NCBI GenBank assembly: GCA_021432655.1
Contig: MU271253.1
Span: 1-64,000 of the forward strand
Reading direction: 5' to 3'
Origin: Atractiella rhizophila
Lineage: Eukaryota
DNA length: 64,000 bases
Shown: positions 10,728 through 24,406 of the stretch, piece after piece
How positions within the stretch are numbered: the stretch's first letter is position 1
Layout of the letters: every line of letters begins with the position of its first letter
Program-made: the position numbers and the translations under genes
Notes under the pieces: generated by a model
Seen by the model: only the letters and a program-made list of their open reading frames with translations
Database searches by the model: none
Told to the model about the DNA's origin: nothing

Positions 10728-13565
10728 CTACCGAGAATGATTACTTCTATTCTCCCATCCTTTGAATGGATTATTACTACCCAAAATTTCCTCACTCCTG
10801 CTGGTCCCTCCAGTCCACTGTGGTCGCAAGGGTGCATTGAGCGTGTTCCTCGTTACAATCGGGGTCACAGAATAATACGATTGTTGACTAAGTCTTTGAT
10901 TCGTAGGAGGTGAAAGAGGAGACTTCATGTCGGCGGAGTCGACAGCATTCGGCTTCCAGCTGGAACGCAAAGGCGCTTCTGAGAGTTTCGGTTGACCCTG
11001 TGAAGATGGACGTCGGAATCCTGGAAGCGGGACTGGCGTGAGAGGAACCTCTTCCATTTCCCTTACCCTTTCCCCATCTCCAGTCTCACTGGCGTGAGCA
11101 CTAACCACATCTGCGGGCATCTTCTTCCTCAATTTTGACGCCACGCTTCCCCCTACTCCACCCAGCCCAAAAAATCGCATCTTCCATCCTCCTTTATTGT
11201 TCTCCATCCTCTCCCGAAACCTCGCTGTCTCCTGCTTCCGCTGCTTCTTATTCTTCCTCCTCCATAGAACCAAAGCAAGGAGTAGTAGAGGAATGATCAG
11301 GAGCGCGAGGAGTCCGAGCAAAGAATCCGATCCGGTAGAGCTGGACGAAGAAGGTGGATTGGAAACGATCTGCCCAAGAGATTCGAGGCAAACATTGAAG
11401 ACTTCCACCGTCTTTTCTCCACCCTCACAATTGGCATCCACGCATCTTCCGTCCTGCAACACCTTTCCATCCCCACAAGATAGACACTGATCATTTTGCC
11501 CTCCCCAAGCCGTCGCACATTCCACACTGATTGCCTTGCATCCACCGTTCGGATCGAAAAACTCGTTGGCGGTGCAGGTCTGGACACAGCTCCCGTTTGG
11601 TGTGAGAACCGGGCGAGAAGGAGGACATGAGGAGCACTGGTCGAAAGCTCCTGAACATGTAGCGCAATCAGGATGGCATTTCTCGCATGTCGGGCTGATC
11701 GCTTGCTGGGTTGTGGATGTAGAGTTGGTGATAGATGAGGAGTTGGTTGAAGGGAAGAAAGAGTTGGGGCAAGAGGCAACGCACGTTCCGCTCAGGATCA
11801 CAGCGGTAGTATCCGTGCAACTTAAGCATTTTCCATCTTCGGTACAAGAAGCACAACCGACCGGACAGCTGGTGCACTTGCCATTTGTTCCTCCCACCTC
11901 TCCCAGCTTACAACTGCCGCACGAACCATCTCCAGACGATGAGAGAAAAGTCCCGCCTTGACATTGGGTGCAGATTGCGTCCGAGAACGTCGTTCCAGAG
12001 TTGAAATTGGGGATGTTGCCCGCAGTACAGTTTGCAGGTAAGGGTTGACATTCTTGTTCAGCGTTATCGAAGACCCATGTCCCTTCCCTTGCACCAGAGG
12101 GGAGAGCAGAGGCATCACAGATCCCTGTCGCCTGATCCACAGCCACGCATGTGCCTGCTAAGATTCCCCGAGGCGAAGCACAAGTAACGCATTGATCGCT
12201 GGATGCTCCAAAGCAGGTGGAACAGACAGGGGAGCAGGGGTCGCAGGTTCCTGTGGCAGGATTGTGGAAGGAACCGTTCGGACAGGTGGTGAACGAATTT
12301 GTCGTCGAATTTGGAGCGATGAACGGCGCGGGTTCACAAGTGGTGGGATCACGGGATGAGGTTTGGAAGCCAGTAGCGCAGGAAAGGCAGGTTCCGGTTT
12401 GAGGAGAGCATGAGAGACATCCCGGAGCGCAAGCTAGATCATCCCATGCATTATCAAAAATAGTCCTTTCTCTAAATAGGGCAGTATGAGAACAAACCTT
12501 GACATGATCCCCCCGTCGTCAGAAAATACCCCTGTTCGCACACACTGCATTTAGGGCCAGGGCCACCAGCGTCTTGCCAGCCAGCATTGCAATTGCATAC
12601 CCCGTTTGAAGCACATACTCCATGAAAACACCCACACTCTTCCATCGGCGTCTGCGTAATGTTCCCCGTGGCTCCAGTAGAGAGAGGACATGAACCATCG
12701 CCTGTGATGCCATCCTGACAACTAGTGGGGCAATCCCCTGGGCATGGCGCGCAAGATGGACCGAAATGGTTTGGAAGGCAAGAAGCGCAGTTGGAGCCGG
12801 TGAAGTTGGGGAGACAGGTGCAGTCGTTGCTATTTGAAGAGCAGAAGCCGCCAGATGCGCATTCAGTTGTACAAGTCGCTGTGCAACGAAAGAAGCAGAG
12901 AGAGTCAGTCTAGCTTCACTTGTGGGAGAACGGAAGGAGGAAGACTCACTGCTTTGCACGTCTAGTAAAGTCGCGGAGGACGCTCCTAGCCCGAAGGAGG
13001 CAATTGATTCTGCGCTATCCCTCACAACAATTCGTGCCTGTCCGATGCTCAAAATGGCTCGTATCTCTCCTCCTGACGGAAGGAGGAACGATTCAACTTC
13101 TCCCGTATCCGTAACGTTGATCACAGGACTGACAACTTTCGTCGCTCCGCCCCATCCCTGCGCCGCATAGGACACAAATACCGGTTCCAATAGTACTGCG
13201 ATGCTCCCACCTCCTTCTTGAAGGGTAGTAACATTGTTGGAGACGTCGAATCCGCCGCTGACGGAGAGAGGGGAAGAAAGAAACGCCGCGATAGGCGAAG
13301 GAGAGGCGGGAGAAAGTGGATATGACCCAGGGAGAAGAGTGAGCGTTGCATTTGGGGAGGAGGCTTGTATTCCGAACGAGGGAAGGGAGGAGACGTTCAC
13401 GCAATTGGACGGAGAGCAGAGGATGTTAGAGGAGTCGTTATTGTTGTTGTTGAAGGTGTTCGAGCCGATCGAAGAGGAAACATCGTCTTGTGGAGCGGGT
13501 GTCGGGAGAGCTGTAATGCTCTGGAAATGCAGAAGTGCGATGAAAGGGAAGATGCTGTTGAACAT
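10728..13565 (-). CDS. Type I membrane protein with EGF/furin-like cysteine-rich repeats (growth-factor-receptor-like ectodomain)
   Basis: Signal peptide MFNSIFPFIALLHFQSITA. At least 3 exons (~13565-12950, ~12900-12500, ~12434-10728). Many CxxxCxxC repeats (CPVGCASC, CHPDCATC, CSPVCSTC). A single TM helix LLGLLALLIIPLLLLALVLW is followed by a basic stop-transfer RRKNKK and a Ser/Pro-rich tail. Confidence 0.88.
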
Positions 13566-14098
13566 ATGGGACGGCGATTCCTTAAAGGACTTGTCGAATG
13601 CAAAGTCAGGCCGGCTGTTGTTGGTCGTAGAAAGTAAAGTGAAAAGGGACAGATTCCGATTGTTGACCAGTCAGCTGACGGATATGAGACACAATGTCCT
13701 TTGATTATTGGATTTTGAAGGGGCTTTCCTTCGAGCTTGGCCTTTTTATAGGCGCTAACAAGGGAGCTGCTTCACTGAGGACAAGGAACTCCATCTGGCG
13801 TAAAGCTCTAGAACTTCGGCTGAGTTGAAGAAGATGCAATGTAAAGCTAAATAATTTTGATGCCGTCTGCGGTACCGAATAAGGAACAAGGGGCGTCAAA
13901 GAGACAAGGAACAAGCAAAAATGTCCGAAAGGAAAAGATTCCGCTCTCCTTGTTCCCACGTGGCATTCGAATTTGGTGACGGAGGAGCTGGTAGAATAAC
14001 GGTGAGGAGTCAAGAGGGATGTAATATTCTTTCGCTTACTGCAAGTCCATCAGGCTCTTAAATGTCTGCGGATGTCAAAGAGCTATGAAGGTCTGTGG

Positions 14099-15581
14099 TT
14101 ATTGACTTCATACATTCCGAAAAGAAAAGACTAAAGTCAAAGAATTTAACATTCGACTCGTTGAACCTATTGAAACTGGATTTTAAAGCACGTTTCATAT
14201 CCGAAGAACAGGGAGCAAGACAAAACAATGTGTTTTGTACTTGCAATGCCTTCACCTCATTCATCCCTCGTCGTTCTACTGTAGCACGGCAATTGTATGA
14301 GGTGCCCCTGATGTCGTAGTCTTAGGGATGGTCGACCTTTAAATTCCATCTTGGAAATATTGATCTTGTTGTGTAAAGCCCAGAAAACAAAGTTCTTGTC
14401 CTACTCCAACGCACCTGAGTAAGTAACTGAGTCAAGCGGCGATCACCAAACTCATCGACCAACCGCTCTCCCAGCGCTCAGAGCTCTCCTTTCAACTCTC
14501 TTCGATCATATTATTTTTCTGTGCCCAACCTTCCCTCCACTGCAGTGCTCAAGCTGTCTCCTAACCAAACCCCTTAGAGGTGGTGGGGTGAGCCTGTACC
14601 ACCTCCTTTCAAGGCACAAGCTCTCGTTAGCTCGCAGAACCCTCACAGGCCAAACGTCAACGCGCGTGAGCCTAGAAACCAAACACAAACGCGGAACAGT
14701 TTGGACACCTGATTGCCACAAAGTGTTAGGAAAAGACAGAAAGCTTTCGAATTTCATGTAGACCCGATCACACCTTCGAAGCACCTCCCAGGCAGAGCGA
14801 TCCCCGAACTAGATCAGCGTGCTTGACCTATCAAACTTTCAAAACTCCAGCAATCTTGGCGCTGCCTCGCTCAATTTATCTGGATATGGGATATGGCCAA
14901 GCAAAAGAAGCCATATGTCGACAAAATTTCTGTACGAGTTTCTCACGCTCTTACGGCTGATTGTGTATGGTCTCCTTTTTTTGACCTCTCATTCAGATCT
15001 CCTTTCCTTTGCAAAACAAACATGATTCAATGAACAGTATCGCGGCGAGCGACTGTTGAAACTGCCTCAGTTATCCCTGTTAGTACTGCCCTAGCTAGAA
15101 AATCCGTAACAAAAAGGGTCACAGCGCGTGTCTCATGTTGTTTAGAATAATACATTTAGGCAGCCAATGGAATGGACGAAAGTTCCATCGTGAGTAGAGT
15201 CCAGGATTGTGCTATCCTGCAGTCTTGCTTTCTGTAACACAATTCCCTCTTCAGAAGTTCAATCTACTTCTGAAAGGCACATTCATCATCATGCATCTTG
15301 CGCACTTCTTAATCTACCGTACAACACAATGGTACAACATCGCTCTCCAGCAGTTTGTCATGCACGGTCGCGTCAGGGAGTAGTTCGGATCGGACAGTAG
15401 CGTCGAAGAACCAATCCATTGTTCCGACCTTCGTGTATGTTTCCTTCCTTCTTCTCATCGCCTGCTCGCCTGATCCTTGGAATCTGGGGCCGCGCCGAGG
15501 TTCGTGGTCTGTGGAGATCCCACAGTAACCCGCTCACATCGGTTGAACCGAAGTTCGATTTGTTGTCTGTCTTGTCGCTCG
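14099..15581. repeat. Copy 1 of a ~1.5-kb tandem duplication containing a decayed minus-strand reading frame
   Basis: Collinear with 15627-17097 from ttattgacttcatac to gtcttgtcgctcg, with scattered substitutions and small indels. Confidence 0.95.

Positions 15582-15626
<45 letters not shown>
15582..15626 (+). repeat. 45-nt poly(A) run at the junction of the two copies
   Basis: Directly visible. Confidence 0.98.
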
Positions 15627-15628
<2 letters not shown>

Positions 15629-17097
15629 ATTGACTTCATACATTCCGAAAAGAAAAGACTAAAGTCAAAGAATTTAACATTCGACTCATTGAACCTATTG
15701 AAACTGGATTTTAAAGCACGTTTTCATATCCGAAGAACAGGGAGCATGAGAAACAATGTGTTTTGTACTTGCAATGCCTTCACCTCATTCATCCCTCGTC
15801 GTTCTACTGTAGCATGGCAATTGTATGAGGTGCCTGATGTCGTAGTGTTAGGGACGGTCGACCTTTAAATTCCATCTTGGAAATATTGATCTTGTTGTGT
15901 AAAGCCCAGAAAACAAAGTTCTTCTCCTACTCCAACGCACCTGAGTAAGTAACTGAGTCAAGCGGCGATCACCAAACTCATCGGCCAACCGCTCTCCCAA
16001 GCGCTCAGAGCTCTCCTTTCAACTCTCTTCGATCATATTATTTTTCTGTGCCTAACCCTCCCTCCACTGCAGTGCTCAAGCTGTCTCCTAACCAAACCCC
16101 TTAGAGGTGGTGGGGTGAGCCTGTCGTCTTGCTTACCACCTCCTTTCAAAGCTCACAAGCTCTCGTTGGCTCGCAGAACCCTCACAAGCCAAACGTCAAC
16201 GCGCGTGAGCATAAAAACCAAACACAACCGCGGAACAGTTTAGACACCTGACTGCCACAAAGTGTCACGAAAAGACAGAAAGCGTTCGAATTTCATGTAG
16301 ACCTGACCACACCTTCGAAGCACCTCCCTTGATCCGTGAACTGGATCAGCGTGCTTGGACCTATCAAACTTTCAAACCTTCAGCAATCTTGGCGCTGCCT
16401 CGCTCAATTTATCAGGATATGGGATATGGCCAAGCAAAAGAAGCCATATGTCGACAATATTTCTGTACGAGTTTCTCACGCTCTTACGGCTAGTTGTGTA
16501 TGGTCTCCTTTTTTTCGACCTCTCATTCAGATCTCCTTTCCTTTGCAAAACAAACATGATTCCATGAACAGTATCGCGGTGAGCGATTTTTGAAACTGCT
16601 TCAGTTATTCCTATTAGTAGTGCCCAAGCTGGAAAATCCGTAAGAAAAAGGGTCACAGCCCGTGTCTCATGTTGTTCAGAATACGTTTAGGCAGCCAATG
16701 GAATGGACGAAAGTTCCATCGTGAGTAGAGTCCAGGATTGTGCTATCCTGCAGTCTTGCTTTCTGTAAAACAATTCCCTCTTCAGAAGTTCAATCTACTT
16801 CTGAAAGGCACATTCATCATCATGCATTTTGCGCACTTCTTATCTACCGTACAACACAATGGTACAACATCGCTCTCCAGCAGTTTGTCATGCACGGTCG
16901 CGTTAGGGAACAGTAGAGTCGAAGAACCAATCCATTGTTCCGACCTTTGTGTATGTTTCCTTCCTTCTTCTCATCGCCTGCTCGCCTGATCCTTAGAATC
17001 TGGGGCCGCGCCGAGGTTCGTGGTCTGTGCAGATCCCACAGTAACCCGCTCACATCGGTTGAACCGAAGTTCGATTTGTTGTCTGTCTTGTCGCTCG
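15627..17097. repeat. Copy 2 of the ~1.5-kb tandem duplication
   Basis: See copy 1. The minus-strand remnant TLFLTDFPAWALLIGITEAVSK...YRNIVDIWLLLLGH is shared, but the stops differ between copies. Confidence 0.95.
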
Positions 17098-17324
17098 CTA
17101 TGATTCTTTACTGTCAGGAAAATCCGTGAATGAATACACGAGACGGAACAGTGGTCCAGCTATCGAAACGCATTATCATAGACTCAGGTGGTGTTGTTAT
17201 TGCCATAGTGAGGCTACACAAACGAGGGGCTCTGATGAGGATACGGCTTGGAATTTACTGGAACGAATATGCATAAATTACAAATCACAAATGGTGAACC
17301 CAAGAATGAAGTGAAAATATGTGG

Positions 17325-18174
17325 TCACATAGTAAAACCAGCTGCTCTTAAGCTATCTACCAAACTCTGTCCTGTTCCAATCGACTGTGTCTGCGATGAC
17401 AGCGTCATCTGTCCTTCTGATATTGTTGGACTGGACGCTCCAAGATTCAAGAACGTAGGAACATCCATCCCTGCGTTTCGCAGAGTATTCAGAAAGTCGA
17501 TCAACGGATCCCTTGGCTGTTGCGGTTGCTCCATGAACGGGACCGATGGCGTCGTTACGGCTGGATGAGGATGATGGAGGTGCGAGCGTGAGAAGGATCC
17601 TGACGAGGATGTTGAGGAGTCTGAAGGAGATGGCGAGAGTTCTACTCTCTGTTGCCTCTGTAGAGGAAATGAGGAGAGAGTGTCCCAATCAAGTTGTGGA
17701 GGAGCGAGTGGAGTGGATGGGATGGAGGGTCCGAGAGATGGTTTGGGATTGGGGATGGAATTAGAGTGCACGTGTGATTTGAGACGGTAACGAGCTAGTT
17801 CGCGATCTCGCTCTGCTATCTGTGCGGCGAGATAGGCTACTTCCCGCTTGAGCTCTTCGACTTCAGACGATGTGTTCCCTGTGCTGTTGCAACCCTCAAC
17901 GTCACGCGCAGTTAAGTGCCGGAAGGCTTACGGGACCACGCCATCTTCCCAAACGCATTCGCGGCCTCTCGAGGTGCAAGAGCTACATTGAGGTTGCCTG
18001 CACTCGTTTCAGGCACTTGTGAAAGCGGAAATGGAGGAAAGCGACGAACCGATCACATCGTACCCGTCTCCGTCTACAATACTCGCAGCTGAGAGCTTGC
18101 CGTCTCCTTTTCTTCTTCTCCTCTCCATGCTCGTGTGGTTGGCGTTCTTTAGATGTAGATGCTTGAGTGCTCAT
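17325..18174 (-). CDS. Short Zn(II)2Cys6 transcription factor with coiled coil (family member 1)
   Basis: Spliced product KKKRRRQALSCEYCRRRRVRCDR|QPQCSSCTSRGRECVW has all six Cys. It continues as EVEELKREVAYLAAQIAERDRELARYR, a Pro/Ser-rich linker and IDFLNTL. Two canonical introns. Confidence 0.9.
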
Positions 18175-21100
18175 TGCGATAATGGGCGATCTGCTGTTAT
18201 GGCAAGATATGATGCGGCAACAGAACAGATTCCCTCATCTTTTATAACGTTTGTCCCGACAGTACCCAGCGCAACTCAACCTCAAGGCGCCGGTCGATCC
18301 TTCAAGCTTCATGAATACAAACTGTGGAGGTGGAAAGTGGAGTTACAGAATGAGCAGGGCCAGGGCGACATACAGCAACGAGACAGAACAGTAGCGAACC
18401 TGATCGGCAGACTGTTGGAGGACATCTTCCCTTCACCGCAAGGTTCTGAAGCTTGTCTTGTCAAAGCGAACAGAAAATCATGGGCCCGTCTAGAAGGTGG
18501 GATTCCACCTTGTTTGCAGCTTGTTCCCTTTGTACGTAGTACTCATCTGTACTCATTCATACATTGCTTTCAGTGCTAACTGTTATTAATCTCTCTGAGC
18601 TCGAACATGGGAGGCAGACTGGGAGGCAAGAACAGTCTATCAAAAGCCACTCATAATCAATATTGCATGAATAGTGTGGTTATGCAATTGCACAAGGAAG
18701 TACTTTGGAATGTTTCAAAGCTTCAGTAATTTTTGTTCCCCAGACTCCACCAAACGCAAGACGAGATGAGAGAACTGCAACAGAATTGTCTCCATATATA
18801 CATAGTGCATAGTACATGTTCTAGCGGTCGTATTGCCTCACCTCAACGGCCGAGAAGAAAATCTTCCCCCGCTAGTAAGCTGCCGCGGCCCATGTTCATG
18901 ATATTTTTGCACTCTTCTGCTGTGATTCAGCAATCCTCCTTGCGCGGACGGTTCAAATGATGTGGTAATCATTCGTCTAGGTTACTAGAGTTCCCTCACG
19001 ATGAGAGAGTTAGCTTCTGGCGCCGTCACTCGTCAGCCTGGTGCCTCCATGTTGCTACTTGATTATGAGTGGAGTTCAAATTCCGAAGGAGATAAGGGAA
19101 TGGGCTGTATGGTTCGTTGTTCCTTCTCCATAACTTCATTTCACCCTTGCTTGAACGACATGGATTACAATATCAATTATCAATCGAATTAATACGCGGC
19201 ATGAATAACTTAGAGTTTCTATTAGTGTAGAGAACCAAAGACCAAAGCATACTAAATTGTTTCAAAAGATGGACGGACTATGGACAAGGAGAAACGATGT
19301 GGTTTGCGATGTCGAGAATCCCTTCCAATACCGTACACCTCCGATACCACATTGCTGGAGAGTAAAGATTGTGGAGGAAAACCGCTGAGAGCTGTTGCTG
19401 AACATGGACTAATGGGATCGGCTCACGACGTAAAACGAGGAGCGCGCATGGAAGGGGCCGTGTTCTCACACGGCGGAACCATTGTTCACAACAAACGTAC
19501 AACAACATGGCATTCCTTCTTTCATGACTGCCAAATGTTCCCTGCTCATGCTTTACTCAGCCATCCTTGGAGGTCTGGATAAGCCTCTCTTTGCCGCTCT
19601 TTCCTATGCATATTTCCGACATGGAGAAACGATGCTTGTGTAACGGAGGTGAATTGGTTGAATGCGTGGGAGACAAGAACTCCCAACGATTTCTGCAAGT
19701 AAAGGGATTCGAACGCTGACTTTCATGTGGATATCGCTTCCTTCCCAATGAGACAAGCTTGGAGCTGTCCTTACGCACCTCACCTACTACTGCAGAAGAG
19801 CCACGACACATTCTTTGACATGAAGCTGTGATTCGCCCATTCAATCGAGGAGCAGGAATATCCAGGTTTATAATAGTGATGCGAATTTCGGGCTACTCTA
19901 GACATTCATTGTTTCAGGGAGCCCCGATCAAGTCAGCGTGGGTAAACCACTTTAATTGTTCACGAATAAAGAATCGCTGAGATGTCTCAGGTAATTGCAA
20001 ATGGTCGGGAAGCACTCATCTAAATGCAAGAAAATGGACCGTTTAGAGGCATTATCAACTTCAAGATCGCACAATCCGTACAATGTTATAATTCGCTCGC
20101 AAATTTACTTGTAAATAGCAGAGAAAGGTACATACTTTGAGTTACTAGAGACCCAACGGAGGTGACAAGATAAGTCTCCTCATCCCTCTTCTCTACCTGT
20201 TTCTGGCGGAAAAATTCGAAACTAGTTCAGATATGGCGCAACAGAAGTATTTCAGAAACAAGAGCTAGTTCCCAGACAGCCGATGACATAGTGGGAGTCG
20301 AGAGTTGGCAAACTTCGAGGCCAGACTAAGCTCACGGAAACACACCAAAGCCTTAGTCTAGTCCTATCTGATTCATTTCCCATCTCCGCATCTCCAGCTT
20401 GCCACTTGTCACTTGTCACTTCGACAGCGGCAGCAGCTACATGATGCAGTTGTTATATCTTTAACAGTCTTAGGTAAGTGAACCCTATTCTTGACTTCAA
20501 CGGGTCAAAGTTTACTATTCCTTAATTTTCCTGCTTCATCAGCATAGAGGTGTGGCATCATACAGAGATAAACTGCCAGTGAGCAAGATGGTAGATGAGT
20601 GCTCAACCTGAGAGACAGTTTGACACTTGACGCAGGTTTCACCTCAACCTGTGCACTCTAGGATCCTTCGTCAGCGCTAATAGCTTAAAAGTGTGTGCTC
20701 TGTCCTAGTAGATTTGTTGTCTAGAATCTATTCTGTCAGTTTGCTACGATTTTGAGCATTGAGTTCAGGTATGATCAGGAGTAAACGGTATGAAAACCAA
20801 ACTCGGCCTGTGCTTCCAAGAATGTCAGAGATCAGTTCATTGCTGGCTAGACCATGGATTCATCATTGCCTAGGGTAGCGATTCCATCCAGCAAAAGTAC
20901 GGAGTTGAGACATATGCCTCTGAAGGTCGGAGGCGAAGACACTGAAGAAGAGTCGCAACCTTACACGTTTGCATGCTGTCTCATCGCGTAATCAGACGGT
21001 GGAACGTGGTTTTTTTCTGGCTTTATAGAATGTTGAACGACAATTGCAGATCACAACAAATCGACTGAACGGCATGGAGGTTTTATCCTCTATCGCAGCC

Positions 21101-21885
21101 AAATTGTCGCGAGTAGTTCATCCTCTTTCATCAACCAAAACGTATTCCTAGATTCCCCGGCCGTACATGAAGACAAATTTTTCCGCTCGCTTTCATGCGA
21201 GAAAGTCAGAATAAAGAGTTCGGATTACCACATCTCTCGAAACATTTAAGTTGAGGGCTCCCACCTTAAGAAGTCACTTCCTACCTCTCCCTCCTGCTCT
21301 TATTCTTCCTTCCTTCTCGCCTTTTGGCCACAGCAGATTGTTGAGGCTGATAGGGGGAAGCAGAGAATCGTTGTTATACGGCTTCGTAATAAATGCTGTC
21401 CGTGGGCCACGACTTCAGCCACGATGTGGATAAATTATAATTCAATAGTTGGAACAGATCACCGTTAGCTTGTGAAGAATTTACGTATGACTTCCAAGAC
21501 ACAAAAAGCAAGACACTCTTCTCCTCTTTCCCCATGATCAGCCTTTTTTTAATCGAAATTTCTGTTATTTCTTGCGGAAAGAGCTTTCTCGCTCGTTCAA
21601 CACTACTGTTCTCTCCCTCTCATTCTTTCCATGGCGAACCGGAGCAGAATCGTATGAAAATATGACAAGGATGGTGTTCTATTATCACTGAGACTTCCGT
21701 GAGTTTTCGACTGCTTTTGAAGGGATGGGCTGCAGTAGTTGCCTGATGTCGGGACTCGTACATTTGGTCCCGGTGGAGTGATCATACCTCCAGTGTTCAG
21801 CCACCAACCTCACAACAATATCCATTCTCTCCTCATTCCACATCCCTGTCAGCAACTTATTTCACTCTAAATCATATAGTCAAAC

Positions 21886-22845
21886 ATGGCTCCTCCTCAA
21901 ACTTCGACTCTCAGAGCTGGAGTGTGCGTCTTTCCGACTTCCCTTCCTTCTCGCTCACATTCTCCATTTTCTCTGCGTTATGCACAGGATCAAGCTCCCT
22001 CCATCTGTTCAGGCCAAGATGATAGCTATGGCGGCGCGCAACGCGGCGGAACTCGCTAATGCGTGCGAACCTGCTGCTCCTACGAGAAAAGAACCTCCCA
22101 TTGCGTAAGGCTTCATACCTCTTCGTGTCGATAACCACTCCTAACGAGGTAACTACTCAGGGCAGAGGAACATACGCTCGCGAATAGGTCGTTCAACGTC
22201 ATTCAGAACCCAAAGACTATCTCTATCGCTTCTAGGTACAGTTTGCTCTCGCCAGCAGGATTTGTGTAACAAAGTTATTGCAGATGGAACCGACCTATCT
22301 TTGACCTCCCTTATATGGATAGTAGTCTTAATGTGCTCTTCCTCACGGGTCAGACGATCAACATGCATAGGCATGACAGTCTCTCCATTGTGGAAGTGTT
22401 GTGGGCGTTTGAGCATCGCAAAGTGATTGCAGCGACGTAAGTTCCTCATTACGACGCCTTTATAGATTTTTCCACGACGTTATCTGACACTGACTGCTTT
22501 CCACAATGGAACAGTGCCAAGGATTCAGTCGCAGCGAAAGATAGGACGGACGACCAGAAGGAGAATGTCGACTTCACCGTCAAGCAGAAGTTAGCTATCC
22601 CGAAGACTATTGTGAAGACCCCTGCCAATCCGGGTCTGAAGTCGATCCTCAATCACAATCACAATGTCTACCCTTCCTTTGAAACAACGTACAATGCGTA
22701 TGGAAAGAAAGTTGTCTTGCCCAGGAGCGCGCTGCAACCCTCCGCACCAGGGCGTAATAGAAGGGTGACTTTTGCTGTTCCCATCAGGTATGTCTGACGG
22801 CGTTCCCGCACTCGTCACGCTGAATTATATTGTAGCACAATGTAA
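21886..22845 (+). CDS. Multi-exon hypothetical protein with a C-terminal RVxF-like motif
   Basis: Short exons bounded by GT..AG give MAPPQTSTL..IKLPPSVQAKM..RWNRPIFDLPYMDSSLNVLFLTG..GLKSILNH..RNRRVTFAVP. The model was built by eye. Confidence 0.55.
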
Positions 22846-23248
22846 GCCCATGCGATCGAGCTCCATCGAACTCAAACGGCCTTCAACCTTTGGACTTGCT
22901 TTTTCATGTCCTTCCATTCGGATCCCACGCTCGTTTCTTTCTAATATCGGACAATCACATTCTTTTGATTTCTTTCGTGATTCTCTTTGAATTGAATATA
23001 ACCTTTTGTACTCTGCAGTGTTGTCGTATCACTTAGTCTTTTTGTGAAGAATGCGATCGTTTGAAACCATCACCTTCCGCTTGCGCTGATGGACTACTGT
23101 GCTGTCAGATAATTGTAGTGCGCGTCCCTTTCAGAGGAGCTAATGAACAGTGCACCTAAATAGATGTGAAGTTTGTGATGCATTTGGATCGCAACTAAGT
23201 AATCTGTTCACACTACCCTTCCTTCGCCCCTCATTTCTATGCAGAAGG

Positions 23249-24406
23249 TCAACGCCTGCCAACCAACTGCAGCACATCTCCTTTCCTCCAAGCTAGAAGT
23301 CCCAACGCTACGGCTCCCATCGCTATCACATACTTGACGCCTAAGACTCCAGCTTGCTTCCATAACATCTTCTCATAAATGTCGAAGCCAGCTTTCATTT
23401 CTTTTCCTTCATGCGAATGAGGGAACGGCAAGTCCTTGATAACACGAAGTCAGAATTAGTATCACAACGTCGTATCACAAGCAAAGAGGTAACGAAGTGA
23501 ACGGACGGGTATTGGTTTTTCAAGGAAACGACATAGAGGTTCCCAACCTTCTTCCACACGATAGACTAGCAGCTGATTGGGTGGAATTATCCTCTTGCAC
23601 TCCTCAACGTGAGCAGTAAACTTCGCTTCCATGTCTCCAACGAAGAACCTGTCCCTAACTGACCACGCCATGGCGCACTTATCAACTTTCGCACTGCCAT
23701 CAATTAGGAAAGTGACTGACAGTAAGACGAGATTTTGGAGAGCTTCAACGCTCTCTCATTCCGTAGGAACCGGACGAGGTGGTACAACGGCCACCTTCCC
23801 CCTCGCGCAACAGTCGTATCCACGCTATACTTCCACTTTGCCGGGTCGCGAACTGTGAGGATGAACTTTGCGTCTGGGTAAGCTGCCAGGAGCTCTCCTA
23901 TAACGACGGAATGAAGATCAGAGACTAAAGTGATGGTGAAATGGGGAGAACGGACGCGGGAAACAGCAAGTTGGGAAATCCTGCGTTGCGGTATACCCTC
24001 CTTTCGAGAAGATGCGATCGAAATCTTCACGGGTTACCATTCCCTTATCCGCTTCTGAGTAGGGATCAGAATGAGGATGAGAGGATTAGGATGTGAAATA
24101 AATGAAGACGCACTTGCATAAAGTAAAGGCCATGCTGTGGAATAATGGTCGAGGTCGGTTGGATTCTCAGACACTACGCATGAACTCTTCATTGACGAAT
24201 ACTGCGGAGACACAAAAAATATAGACTATGGAATGTCTTATACCCCAAAACCCTCACTTTAATCACATGCAGCCAACCATCAATTTTGGAGAAGACAGGG
24301 GAGACGCACAAGCATCTCTCACGCTTCCCGTCCCTGTTCTCCCCAGTCCAAGTCCGATCACTTTCAATCCATCATATGTCTCAGGCTGCTTCTGCAGGTC
24401 AGCCAT
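23249..24406 (-). CDS. P-loop sulfotransferase-family protein (Sulfotransfer_4 type) with C-terminal membrane anchor
   Basis: Motifs LKVIGLGLGRTGTGS, ELLAAYPDAKFILTVRDPAKWKYS, IPPNQLLVYRVEEGWEPLCRFLEKPIP and LPFPH, plus a hydrophobic tail YVIAMGAVALGLLAW. Multiple introns. Confidence 0.9.

Noticed and set aside
14099..15626. LINE 3' end with poly(A) tail
   Set aside because: No reverse-transcriptase motifs recognised, the coding remnant is on the opposite strand, copy 2 lacks a tail and there is no TSD.
15373..15868. Poly-Lys / poly-Phe ORFs
   Set aside because: Produced by the A run.
18600..21800. Long intergenic stretch with short ORFs
   Set aside because: No motif, repeat or consistent splice pattern could be supported.
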